Positions 39,275-49,767 of a stretch of 64,000 bases of DNA are shown here, one piece after another (within the stretch, counting starts at the first letter, position 1; every line of letters begins with the position of its first letter). The position numbers and the translations under genes are program-made. A model generated the notes under the pieces. That model saw only the letters and a program-made list of their open reading frames with translations. It did no database searches and was not told the DNA's origin. Source of the stretch: Acholeplasmataceae bacterium (GTDB taxonomy: Bacteria > Bacillota_I > Bacilli_A > ML615J-28 > CAG-313); assembly GCA_012838545.1 (NCBI GenBank), contig DUPC01000034.1, positions 1,225-65,224 on the forward strand. The letters run 5' to 3'.

Positions 39275-40048
39275 ATGTTATATCAATATGAGTTTTTATT
39301 CCCGTTAATGATTACAATTGGCGTTGTTGCCATGGTTGCTTACTTAATGCGGGTTGCCAAGAAATTTCAACTTCCCGATAAAACCATTGACCGCTTGATA
39401 ATTATTATGTCTATATCGGGTGCAGGCATGCTTTTCTTTGCCACCTTCTTCAATGGCTTATTCCATTATATCGAAAACCCAAGCGAAGGTTTCCGGATGC
39501 AAGGAATAACCTATTTAGGCGGCTTTATCGGTGGCATAATTGTCATTATTCCATTGTTATACTTCTTCTTGCCTTCCGAGCGAAAACATTTGCTTACCTA
39601 CTTAAATCATATTATCATCGGCGTCGTTTTAGCCCATGCTTTTGGCCGTATCGGATGTTTTTTGGCAGGGTGTTGCCACGGGGGAGAAACCGAAGCTTGG
39701 TATGGCATAACCTTTCCCAAGGGATCGATTCCAAGTTTTACCTTTAAAGGCGGTTTGGAAGCGGTAAAAGTAGTTCCAACGCAATTAATCGAATCAATCT
39801 TCTGTTTTGGTTTGTTCTTTGTTTTGCATTTTATCAAAAAACACCAACTCGCCATTTATTTAATGAGTTACGGCACTTTCCGCTTTTTGATTGAATTCGC
39901 CCGGGAAGATGATCGCGGTGCATTTATCGGCAATTTATCCCCATCACAAACATTGAGTTTATTAGCGATAATTGCGGGGGTGGTTTTGTTGTTTTTGCCA
40001 ACCATTATTCGAAAGCAAAAGAATAAACCAGAATTAACATCATCATAA
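39275..40048 (+). CDS. lgt: Prolipoprotein diacylglyceryl transferase
   Basis: The Lgt signature is HAFGRIGCFLAGCCHG. It is polytopic. Confidence 0.85.
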   Translation: MLYQYEFLFPLMITIGVVAMVAYLMRVAKKFQLPDKTIDRLIIIMSISGAGMLFFATFFNGLFHYIENPSEGFRMQGITYLGGFIGGIIVIIPLLYFFLPSERKHLLTYLNHIIIGVVLAHAFGRIGCFLAGCCHGGETEAWYGITFPKGSIPSFTFKGGLEAVKVVPTQLIESIFCFGLFFVLHFIKKHQLAIYLMSYGTFRFLIEFAREDDRGAFIGNLSPSQTLSLLAIIAGVVLLFLPTIIRKQKNKPELTSS

Positions 40049-40054
40049 TTAAAG

Positions 40055-40101
40055 AAAAGGTATTGAACCGTTGATAGAGACTGATTCAATACCTTTTTTT
40101 T
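40055..40101. terminator. Bidirectional terminator between lgt and eno
   Basis: A 13-bp stem aaaaggtattgaa / ttcaataccttttt followed by a T-run. Confidence 0.6.
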
Positions 40102-40103
40102 CC

Positions 40104-41423
<1,320 letters not shown>

Positions 41424-41493
41424 TCAATTATATATAGTATACCACATCTTGGAAAGTTTTAAAAGGGAAATATCTCTGTAATCGGTTGCATTT

Positions 41494-44364
41494 TTAATCG
41501 TCTTGATAACTGTCAATCGGGTAGACGTTGTTGCAACCTTTTCCGTTTTTCAAATAATTGGTGCAGCCAAAGATAAAGCGATCGGAATCTTTGACGGGTT
41601 TTACTACCATGAACCCATCACACTTGTCGCACAAATGAATATTGCCTTTTCCTCGCATATCGTTAGTCATAAAATCGCATATTTCCGGTTCGTTGGTACA
41701 AATATATAGTTTTTGTCCTAAAGCAAAGTTTTTGCGCGCTTGAAGGGGATAATGGCATTTTGGGCAACGCAAGCGGTTTTCGCGTAGGTCCCTAACGGTC
41801 TCTGCAATATTACCATGAACGACGACGCCTTGATCTCGGTAATCGTTAATTAATTCAATCACAAACTTCGACGGTCGAATTTCCGAGGTTACAATAAACA
41901 CGCGGTTTTTCGTTCTGGTCAAAGCAACGTAAAATAACCGTCGTTCTTCGGAAAATTCATATGATTGGTCATCAAAGGTGACAAACTTCATTATCGGATC
42001 ATCTTCAATTTGGGAAGGGAAACCATAAACACTGTGTTCTGCATTCACAACTATCACATTGTCATAACCAAGACCCTTAGCGCGATGCACGGTCATAAAG
42101 GCAAGTTTTGCTTTGGGGAACTTTTTGGAATAAATCCTTTCTTTTCTTCCCTCGGAGAAAAGTCCGGTTTTAATCAAATTGTTTTTTTCAAAGTTATATC
42201 TGGCAAGAAGCAATATCGATTTTTCAGTTCCTTCGACTTGAATAATCTTCCCGATAATTTCTTCTACTTTTTTGGCGCGGTTTTTGAGAATGGCCGTATA
42301 CCCTTTTTTGTTGTTTTCTTTGTCAACTTCGCTATAAGTATAAATTACAATCGGTTTTTTAATATGTTTCGGAGATTTTAATTGCTTTTGTATTTGGGTG
42401 GTGTTTTTTTGGATAAATCCCCCGGCAATATTTATCAATTCCTGGGCGTTCCGATAAGTATAAGTTAAAGGTAATTCTTTGGCATAACCCATGAACTCTT
42501 TGAACTTGGTGAAAAGACTAATCTCCGCCCCCGCAAACGCAAAGATTGATTGCCAGTCGTCCCCCACTGCGACAATCTTGGCATCCGTAAGTTGCGACAA
42601 CTTTTCCACCAAGTTAAAGCGTTGTCGGGAGATATCTTGGTACTCATCCACAAAAACATACTTAAACCGGATTTTGTCTTTCATTTTGGTGAAATCTTCC
42701 AGCATAAGGGCCGATTCGTTAATCATATCCTGAAAATCAATGGCATTGTTGGCTTTTAAAAAACCTTGATAGTGTAAATAGATTTGCTCGACAATATCGA
42801 AAAAAAGCAAGGTCCGCACATTGTTGGTCATTTGGCGAAGGTGGGCAAAATCGCGTTCGGTATAAGCCCTGGTTTTAAAGTTGTTGATAAAGTTTTGAGC
42901 AAATAAAGTAAACTTGTTAAAATATTTTTCTTTATCATTAGCTACGATTTGGTTATATACTTCCCTATCATCTTTTCTTTTAAGTTCGAAACCTTTTTTA
43001 AGGAGTTCTTCTTCTAAATGGGCAATTAAGTCTCTTCCATCGAGATAAGTGGAATAGGTTGTAATCAAATCGGTACCGAACGTTTTGTGATGCATGATCT
43101 TATATTTCATGCGAATCATATAATTTTCCAATTCTTCTTTGGTAAAGCGGTCATTTTTTCCATCTTCGGAAATACCGAAATGCTCAATGTAACATTCTTT
43201 TTCGTTTTGAGTTATATAAAAATCCGGAGTATAGAGTTTTTTGGCATTCGGGATTTTATGCTTATACGGTTTTTCATATATATAATCAATATTATGCAAA
43301 TACAAAAAGTTGGCTATTTGCACTTCTTCAATTGAACGCAAAAATTCATTTTTGATGGTGTATTTTTTCTTGGTACGGGCATGAATTAGCTGTAAATTCA
43401 CTTCTCCCAAATTATCTTTTAAAGTTGAATAGTCTTTGCGCTCAATTAAATTGAAAAATTGTTCCTGATTTTGCGTCGCATAGGCATGTTCTGGAATTTC
43501 CAAATAATACCCAAAAAACGTAATCAACTTTTTAACCAATTCCTTGTCGCCAAGAATTGTTTTCGATAAAAATTGATTAATGATTAGAAACTGCTGTTTT
43601 TCGGTAACAATATTGGTGTGTAAGACATTGCGTTCTTTGTTGATAATGGCGTAACCTGATTTATGGAAAGTGGCAATCGGACAATCGATTTTGAATTTAT
43701 GATTTATCCGCTCTTTTAATTCATTAACCGCTTTGTTGGTGAAGGAAATGAATAATATGTCTTTGGGGTCAATTTGTTTTTTTTCCACCAAATACTTAAC
43801 CTTCCCCGCAATCGTCGTGGTTTTCCCAGAGCCTGCCCCAGCAATCAACAAGCAATAATCTTCATCGGTTAAAATGGCTATGCGTTGTTCCTCATCCAAA
43901 ACTATTGATTCATCTACCGCTTTAAACAACTCGTCAAAATAAGCTTTCTCACTTTCTAGGTGTCTTTTGACATAATCATGGTTTATTTCCTCGATGAGTG
44001 TGGGGAAATTGGCAAATAATTCAAGGTAAAAATCCACGTTTTTGCTTGCAAATTGTTCTTCTCGGCAAAAAGTCTCCAACAAACGGTTTGACTTCAAATT
44101 TTGAAAAAACCGGACGTTTTCTTCTTCCTCCTTCAATCTTTGGATATATGCTTTCCTGGAAATATAATCGTCAGACGTTTTTAACCGCCAAAAGAAACGC
44201 AAAAAATCCATTAAGCGAATTATCGACTCGTTTTGGTAAGTTATCTCTGTTTGTTTTTCTTTAAAAAGGCGACTTAAAAAACCCATTTTAGGGGTTTCGT
44301 AAACTATATAGCCGCACTTTGGGCAAAGGGATGTAATCTCAAAAGCGCAAATTGGACATTTCAT
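41494..44364 (-). CDS. UvrD/Rep-type SF1 helicase (956 aa) with an N-terminal zinc ribbon, an embedded PD-(D/E)xK/NERD-like nuclease-like insert and a C-terminal topoisomerase-type zinc-ribbon module
   Basis: SF1 motifs present are I AGAGSGKTTT, II VFVDEYQD, III VGDDWQSIFAFAGA, V TVHRAKGLGYDNVIV and VI YVALTRTKNRVFIV. The N-terminus is CPICAFEITSLCPKCG. The insert KLYTPDFYITQNEKECYIEHFG resembles a PD..(D/E)xK core. The C-terminus is CPKCHYPL...CDKCDGFM...GCTNYLKNGKGC. Confidence 0.8.
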   Translation of the reverse strand: MKCPICAFEITSLCPKCGYIVYETPKMGFLSRLFKEKQTEITYQNESIIRLMDFLRFFWRLKTSDDYISRKAYIQRLKEEEENVRFFQNLKSNRLLETFCREEQFASKNVDFYLELFANFPTLIEEINHDYVKRHLESEKAYFDELFKAVDESIVLDEEQRIAILTDEDYCLLIAGAGSGKTTTIAGKVKYLVEKKQIDPKDILFISFTNKAVNELKERINHKFKIDCPIATFHKSGYAIINKERNVLHTNIVTEKQQFLIINQFLSKTILGDKELVKKLITFFGYYLEIPEHAYATQNQEQFFNLIERKDYSTLKDNLGEVNLQLIHARTKKKYTIKNEFLRSIEEVQIANFLYLHNIDYIYEKPYKHKIPNAKKLYTPDFYITQNEKECYIEHFGISEDGKNDRFTKEELENYMIRMKYKIMHHKTFGTDLITTYSTYLDGRDLIAHLEEELLKKGFELKRKDDREVYNQIVANDKEKYFNKFTLFAQNFINNFKTRAYTERDFAHLRQMTNNVRTLLFFDIVEQIYLHYQGFLKANNAIDFQDMINESALMLEDFTKMKDKIRFKYVFVDEYQDISRQRFNLVEKLSQLTDAKIVAVGDDWQSIFAFAGAEISLFTKFKEFMGYAKELPLTYTYRNAQELINIAGGFIQKNTTQIQKQLKSPKHIKKPIVIYTYSEVDKENNKKGYTAILKNRAKKVEEIIGKIIQVEGTEKSILLLARYNFEKNNLIKTGLFSEGRKERIYSKKFPKAKLAFMTVHRAKGLGYDNVIVVNAEHSVYGFPSQIEDDPIMKFVTFDDQSYEFSEERRLFYVALTRTKNRVFIVTSEIRPSKFVIELINDYRDQGVVVHGNIAETVRDLRENRLRCPKCHYPLQARKNFALGQKLYICTNEPEICDFMTNDMRGKGNIHLCDKCDGFMVVKPVKDSDRFIFGCTNYLKNGKGCNNVYPIDSYQDD

Positions 44365-44481
44365 GTTTAATCACCATTTTTCGAAAAATCGCTTTTTTCA
44401 TTTTTATTATAGCATATATATGGATATTTTTGGGAAAATATAAAAACCCCTTTTTTGGTTTTCCAAAAAAGAGGTTAGTAA

Positions 44482-44904
44482 TTATAATTTTCCACGATAT
44501 TCCAAATACATATAAGCGCTAATCGGCATGAGAATGAGAATTAACCAATCGAAAATCCCCATATTATTCAAAAAGATTTCCCAAATAAAACCAATTGGCA
44601 AACTGAAAATAGCGCTTGGTTCCAAGTGAAAAACGTTTATCAAGAACAAAAAGATTAAAATACCCATATAACTTAAATAGCAAAGCAATGCATAAATACC
44701 GGCCAGGATTTTATGAAAAGTCGTATAGTAACTTAAGTATTTCAACATGAAGCGTCCGATTAAATAAGAACCAAAGAAGATAAAAATGCTAAAGAATGAT
44801 GATAAGGCATATACTATTGCCCCAATAAACAAGCCGTATAAAACTGCAATCAGCCCGACAAACAGAATGTTGAGCACCGAGTTCTTTTCTTTCACTTTTT
44901 CCAT
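44482..44904 (-). CDS. Small 4-TM membrane protein of unknown function, with its start overlapping the gpmI 3' end
   Basis: It is hydrophobic throughout and overlaps gpmI by 13 nt. It lies between gpmI and the helicase. Confidence 0.45.
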   Translation of the reverse strand: MEKVKEKNSVLNILFVGLIAVLYGLFIGAIVYALSSFFSIFIFFGSYLIGRFMLKYLSYYTTFHKILAGIYALLCYLSYMGILIFLFLINVFHLEPSAIFSLPIGFIWEIFLNNMGIFDWLILILMPISAYMYLEYRGKL

Positions 44905-46412
44905 CCTTTTATCATGCTTTTTCCGGTCATTTCTTTTGGCTGTTCAATACCGAGCAGTTCCAACATGGTCGGCGCAATATCGGCCAGGATTCCAACTTCT
45001 CGCAATTCCACGTTTTTATTGGCCACGCAAAACGGAACATCAAAGGTGGTATGCGAGGAATATAAATTGCCCTCTTCGTCAAAGACCTGCTCCGCATTCC
45101 CGTGGTCGGCGGTTATTATCAGGGTTCCGCCCACTTGTTCTACCGCTTGATGGATTTCGCCAATGCATTTATCGACGGTTTCCACCGCTTTGACAACGGC
45201 GTCAAAAACCGTTGTATGGCCTACCATATCGCAATTGGCAAAGTTTAGTATAATGGTATCGTATTCTTCGGATTTTATCGCTTCGAGTACACGCTTGGTA
45301 ACTTCGGGAGCGCTCATTTCTGGAAGCAAATCGTAAGTGGCAACCTTTGGCGAAGGAACCAGGATTCTGGTTGCGCCTTCGATTTCTTTATCGACTCCGC
45401 CGTCAAAGAAATAAGTGACGTGGGCATATTTTTCCGTTTCCGCAATCCTCAATTGCTTTAATCCCAATTTTGCGATGACATCGCCATATAGGTTATCAAG
45501 GGTTTGCAAATCAAAGTTGATTAACCCTTTGACCTTTTCGCTGTAAAGCATCATGCACACAAAGCATAAATCGGTAAAATTAACAGTGTTATCCAACTTG
45601 GTTTCGCTTGGATTAGTTAATCCCAAACTGATTTGAATAGCGCGGTCAGGACGGAAATTGGCAAAAATAACGCTATCGTGTTCTTTGATTACCGCTCCTT
45701 CGCTTACTATAAACGGAACCACAAATTCATCGGTTATTCCAGCTTCATATGAATCGAGAATACCGGTCCGGTAATCTTTCACCGGCGCTTTGCCGAAAAC
45801 AAGGGCATCGTAAGCTTTTTGGGTACGGGCATAATTCTTATCGCGGTCCATCGCATAATAGCGACCTGAAACCACACCCAACTTAATGCCGGGTTCCAAA
45901 TGTTTTTGAAGTTCATCGAGATAGGTTAGGGCTGATTTTGGCAAAACGTCACGTCCATCCAAAAAGGCATGGACAAATACTTCCTTTATGCCATAAGATT
46001 TGGCTTTATTTATTAAATAAAAGATATGATCCTGGTGCGAATGAACACCGCCGTCAGATAGTAATCCCATCACATGTAAAGCGGAATTGTTTTTTAAAGC
46101 ATGTTCGAATGCAGTATGAATGGCGGGCATGTCGGCAAGGGTGTCCTCCTTTACCGCTATATTCACTCTTGTCAAGGATTGGTAAACTATTCTTCCCGCG
46201 CCGATGTTCAAGTGTCCGACTTCGCTATTTCCCATTTGACCTTCGGGAAGGCCGACCGCTTCACCGCTGGTTTTTAAGCTGACAGTCGGATATTCGGAAA
46301 ACAAATAATCCAAATTAGGCTTTTTCGCATGATATACCGCATTCCCATAATGTTTTGGATTTTTGCCAAAACCATCGAGAATGGCTAACATTACTAAATT
46401 TTTTTGACTCAT
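44892..46412 (-). CDS. gpmI: 2,3-bisphosphoglycerate-independent phosphoglycerate mutase
   Basis: LDGFG..., the catalytic Ser region GNSEVGHLNIGAGR and the 506-aa length are typical of iPGM. Confidence 0.95.
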   Translation of the reverse strand: MSQKNLVMLAILDGFGKNPKHYGNAVYHAKKPNLDYLFSEYPTVSLKTSGEAVGLPEGQMGNSEVGHLNIGAGRIVYQSLTRVNIAVKEDTLADMPAIHTAFEHALKNNSALHVMGLLSDGGVHSHQDHIFYLINKAKSYGIKEVFVHAFLDGRDVLPKSALTYLDELQKHLEPGIKLGVVSGRYYAMDRDKNYARTQKAYDALVFGKAPVKDYRTGILDSYEAGITDEFVVPFIVSEGAVIKEHDSVIFANFRPDRAIQISLGLTNPSETKLDNTVNFTDLCFVCMMLYSEKVKGLINFDLQTLDNLYGDVIAKLGLKQLRIAETEKYAHVTYFFDGGVDKEIEGATRILVPSPKVATYDLLPEMSAPEVTKRVLEAIKSEEYDTIILNFANCDMVGHTTVFDAVVKAVETVDKCIGEIHQAVEQVGGTLIITADHGNAEQVFDEEGNLYSSHTTFDVPFCVANKNVELREVGILADIAPTMLELLGIEQPKEMTGKSMIKGWKK

Positions 46413-46430
46413 ATAATACCTCTGGTTTCG

Positions 46431-47003
46431 TTACTTAAATGAAGTTGCTTTTTTTACTTTTGAACTGTTTAGTTTTTGACTTACAATAAATTGATAGATT
46501 AAACGTTCATCTAGGATTTTGATGGATGCAACAATGAAAGGCCATTTTACAAACAAGGTGATTATCCTTAGCGGCAAATCGGCAAAAGCAACGGATGCGC
46601 CGTAGAACAAATACATTCCCAACGTATTAATCGATGTTTCCAATAGCGACATAAAGAGAACCATTATCGTCATAGCCAAAATATTGACTTTTCCCCCTTG
46701 TTTGCGTGGAAGGAATCCGCCAACAACACCCCAAAGCGTCATGGAGATGGCAAAAAACGGGTTATAGGCAAAACTTGAGAAAACCAAACCGTAAACGCAA
46801 TCAGCTAAAAAACCGGCTAGTCCTCCCAATGCCGGCCCGGCAATCATCCCCGCAACCAAAATAGGAATGGCAAAAAAACTTATACGCATTGATATTGTTG
46901 TAAAACTGTATACTTTTAAAGCTATTGCGAAAGCTACAAGAATGGAAAGCAAAACCATTGTTGTGATATCAATGGAGCGGTTTCTTTTTGGCATTGTTTG
47001 CAC
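46431..47003 (-). CDS. ECF-transporter substrate-specific (S) component, resembling the folate family (FolT)
   Basis: It is about 190 aa with 5-6 transmembrane helices. The glycine-rich region ADCVYGLVFSSFAYNPFF...GVVGGFL resembles FolT-type S components. Confidence 0.45.
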   Translation of the reverse strand: MQTMPKRNRSIDITTMVLLSILVAFAIALKVYSFTTISMRISFFAIPILVAGMIAGPALGGLAGFLADCVYGLVFSSFAYNPFFAISMTLWGVVGGFLPRKQGGKVNILAMTIMVLFMSLLETSINTLGMYLFYGASVAFADLPLRIITLFVKWPFIVASIKILDERLIYQFIVSQKLNSSKVKKATSFK

Positions 47004-47079
47004 CTCCTAGAATCCTATTTATTATACCACATTTTTTACTATTTTAGTTGTTTTTGCATATTTCGGCACTAACATCTGA

Positions 47080-47113
47080 TAAAAAAAAAGAAATGCATGT
47101 TGATGCAACATGC
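47080..47113 (-). terminator. Rho-independent terminator after sigG
   Basis: Palindrome gcatgttg-atg-caacatgc followed on the minus strand by TTTTTTTTT. Confidence 0.5.
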
Positions 47114-47117
47114 AATA

Positions 47118-47888
47118 TTAGTCTTTACCAAAAATAATTTTTAACGCACTTTTTTCCAAACGGGAAACTTGGGCTTGGGAGATTCCGATTTCCTCCGCTA
47201 TTTCCATTTGTGTTTTGCCCAGATAATAACGATCGTAGATTATGTTTTTTAGCCGGTCGTTTAGCCTTGCTATTCCTTCTTCGATAATCATTTGGTTGAG
47301 TTTCTTTTCTTCGCTGTTGCTGGTGTCCGCAATCTGATCGATTAACATTATTTCATCGCCCCCGTTATTGAAAATCGGGGTAAAAATCGAAACCGGTTCT
47401 TGAATTGCTTCGAGTGCGATGACGATATCCAGCGAATCGACTCCCATTCCCGCGGCTATCTCTTCAATGCTTGGTTCGCGAAAATGTTCGCCGATAAATT
47501 TTTCTTTGAATTGCAACGCTTTGTAAGCCGTATCTTTCAAAGATCTGGAAACCCGTATTTTGGAATTATCGCGCAGATACCTGCGAATCTCCCCAATGAT
47601 CATCGGCACCGCATAAGTCGAGAATTTGACATTATGGGAAAAATCGAAATTATCAATTGCTTTTAACAGCCCCATAGCACCGACCTGAAACAAATCGTCA
47701 ACGTTTTCGCCCCGATTATTGAATTTTTTGATTACGCTTAAAACCAATTTGATATTGCCATGTACCAATTCGTCACGCGCTTCATAATCCCCAGCTTGAC
47801 TGCGCTTAATTAAATCCATGACTTGTTCGGAAGGAATCACCGTTAGTTCCGAGGTATTGATTCCCGTAATTTCCACTTTCGTGCGCAT
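47118..47888 (-). CDS. sigG: Sporulation sigma factor sigma-G
   Basis: It is nearly collinear with B. subtilis SigG: VDDLFQVG..GL.K.IDNFD.SHNVKFSTYAVPMIIGEIRRYLRDN. The C-terminus is EIAEEIGISQAQVSRLEK. It is the last gene of the spoIIGA-sigE-sigG cluster. The start is ATG 47888. Confidence 0.85.
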   Translation of the reverse strand: MRTKVEITGINTSELTVIPSEQVMDLIKRSQAGDYEARDELVHGNIKLVLSVIKKFNNRGENVDDLFQVGAMGLLKAIDNFDFSHNVKFSTYAVPMIIGEIRRYLRDNSKIRVSRSLKDTAYKALQFKEKFIGEHFREPSIEEIAAGMGVDSLDIVIALEAIQEPVSIFTPIFNNGGDEIMLIDQIADTSNSEEKKLNQMIIEEGIARLNDRLKNIIYDRYYLGKTQMEIAEEIGISQAQVSRLEKSALKIIFGKD

Positions 47889-47958
47889 CAAAAAACACAC
47901 CTCCTATAAGGAGTATGTGTCTATTTTATGCATCTTATGCGTTTAGAAATTTTTTTCT

Positions 47959-48669
47959 TTAGGCAGGGCGGACAAAAGCCTCAATTTCTTGACGCATTTT
48001 ATCAATTATGCGTTTTTCCAACCGAGATATGTAAGATTGTGAGATTCCCAGCATATCAGCCACCTCTTTTTGGGTCATGATTTCATGGCCAAAAAGACCA
48101 AAGCGCATTGTGATGATTTCTTTTTCCCGTTTGCTTAAGTGTTCGATGGCTTGATAAAGCCGTTCCTTTTTTTCTTCTTCGGTTAATTTGGTTAAAGACG
48201 ATACAGCCGAATCGCCCAAGACATCGGAAAGAACCATTTCGTTTCCTTCAGAATCGACGCTTAACACTTCGTCCAACGAAATCTCTTGACGCATTCGGTA
48301 AGTTTTGCGCAAATGCATCAATATTTCGTTTTCGATACAACGAGAGGCATAGGTGGCCAGTTTGATGTTTTTCTCTAACTTAAAGGTTTGCACGCCTTTG
48401 ATTAAACCCATGGAGCCGATACTGATTAGATCTTCCAAATTGATCTTGGTTCCCTCAAATTTTTTGGCAATAAACACCACCAAACGCAAATTGTGGATAA
48501 TCAAGGTATTGCGCGCTTCGATATCTCCTTCCTTCACCCTAAGCAAAAGCGCCATTTCCTCTTTTTCCGGAAGCGGCGCCGGTAAAATATTGGTGCTATT
48601 GATATAATAAACTCCGCCCTGCTTTACCGTCAAAATCCGAGCGATTAACTTTATTATAAATTTAATCAT
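47959..48669 (-). CDS. sigE: Pro-sigma-E (mother-cell sporulation sigma factor with an N-terminal pro-sequence)
   Basis: VYYI...LP.PL..EE, RNLRLVV.IA.KFE.TGINIEDLISIG..GLIK and KLATYASRCIENEILM are present. The C-terminus is MLGISQSYISRLEKRII. Confidence 0.85.
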   Translation of the reverse strand: MIKFIIKLIARILTVKQGGVYYINSTNILPAPLPEKEEMALLLRVKEGDIEARNTLIIHNLRLVVFIAKKFEGTKINLEDLISIGSMGLIKGVQTFKLEKNIKLATYASRCIENEILMHLRKTYRMRQEISLDEVLSVDSEGNEMVLSDVLGDSAVSSLTKLTEEEKKERLYQAIEHLSKREKEIITMRFGLFGHEIMTQKEVADMLGISQSYISRLEKRIIDKMRQEIEAFVRPA

Positions 48670-49357
48670 GACTAACCCCCATTAAATAATTAAGCAAGAC
48701 ATCATAAGCTTCCAATTTGGCAAAACAATAATAAACATCATAGGTTTTTTTGCCAATTTGCAAAAACGGTCCTTGGTAAACATTTACCTCCAACAATCCG
48801 TTTATGGAACTGATTTGTGTCGAACCAATTTGGTTAAAGCAAGTGTTTTTAAACCTTTCATCCAGAAAAACAATTGGTTTTCCCTCATATGAAGAAAGAT
48901 TGCCCGTATCCAAATAAGCTTTCAAATTCTTTAGAGGCAGGATAATAACATCATATGTAAGAACGGCTTGGTTTATGCCTATTTTAAAATTAATAATTAA
49001 ATACAAAACGACAATGTAAAAAAGCGAAATAAGAATCCATAAAATAGATTGAATATTAAAAACAACCAAACTTCCGATAAAAGCATAATTCAAGATATAC
49101 AACCCCGCAATCTGTATTATTTTTGTTTTTATTTTGCTTGGGAAGGCAACAAGTCCCATCCATATCCCAACCGTATAACGCAAAAACAAGAGTTCTCCCG
49201 GAAAAAAATAAATAAAAAGCGAAACCAAACTAATGGTTAAGGTGAGTAGGACTCGCCACCAAATGGTTCTTTCTTTAAACAAAACAAGCAGCGTTTTGAT
49301 AAAAGAGTAATTGACGAGTATAGTTGAAGCCACAATTAAATCCCAATAAAGTACCAC
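48662..49357 (-). CDS. spoIIGA: SpoIIGA-like sigma-E processing aspartic protease, short form of 231 aa
   Basis: Five N-terminal transmembrane helices are followed by AYLDTGNLS (compare B. subtilis GLIDSGNQL). It lies directly upstream of sigE with an 8-nt overlap. Confidence 0.6.
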   Translation of the reverse strand: MVLYWDLIVASTILVNYSFIKTLLVLFKERTIWWRVLLTLTISLVSLFIYFFPGELLFLRYTVGIWMGLVAFPSKIKTKIIQIAGLYILNYAFIGSLVVFNIQSILWILISLFYIVVLYLIINFKIGINQAVLTYDVIILPLKNLKAYLDTGNLSSYEGKPIVFLDERFKNTCFNQIGSTQISSINGLLEVNVYQGPFLQIGKKTYDVYYCFAKLEAYDVLLNYLMGVSHD

Positions 49358-49436
49358 TCTATCACTCCCTTATTGCCACTACAGTATAACAAAACCAAAA
49401 AAGAAAATTTGTCGAGTTATAACCCGTTTTATAAAG

Positions 49437-49505
49437 AAAAGACTAAGAAACTCTTAGTCCTTCTTTGGCAGGATTTCAACAAAAAAATCCCCAAAAGGGG
49501 ATTTA
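49437..49505 (-). terminator. Tandem hairpins (candidate terminators) between the small ORF 49519..49722 and spoIIGA
   Basis: gactaaga-aact-cttagtc and aaatcccc-aaaa-ggggattt are each followed by T-runs on the minus strand. Confidence 0.45.
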
Positions 49506-49518
49506 AGAAAAGGAAATT

Positions 49519-49722
49519 TTAAAGATCATCGTTTTCCAACTGATGTAGAAGTTCAATCAAAGTCATCTCATAACTGTTTTCGTCATCGACGACCTTAACT
49601 TCGGTGCTTAAGGTATAATCAACAAAACGGTTGTTTTTGTAAATTGCCATAATAGGGTAATTTCCCCCTAAACGATTAATGTCGCTTCTGATTTGAGCCA
49701 TCAATTGTTTTTTGTTATTCAT
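49519..49722 (-). CDS. Hypothetical small protein of 67 aa
   Basis: An AGAGGGAA RBS-like element lies upstream. I recognised no domain. Confidence 0.35.
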   Translation of the reverse strand: MNNKKQLMAQIRSDINRLGGNYPIMAIYKNNRFVDYTLSTEVKVVDDENSYEMTLIELLHQLENDDL

Positions 49723-49767
49723 AATTCATCATTCCCTCTAAGATTATTATTGCCCTTTTGGACAAAA

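Noticed and set aside
47901-47958. sigG promoter as a defined feature
   Set aside because: GCATA and CATACT elements exist, but the 12- or 20-nt spacing does not fit the sigma-F/G consensus. I kept it only as a remark in a finding.
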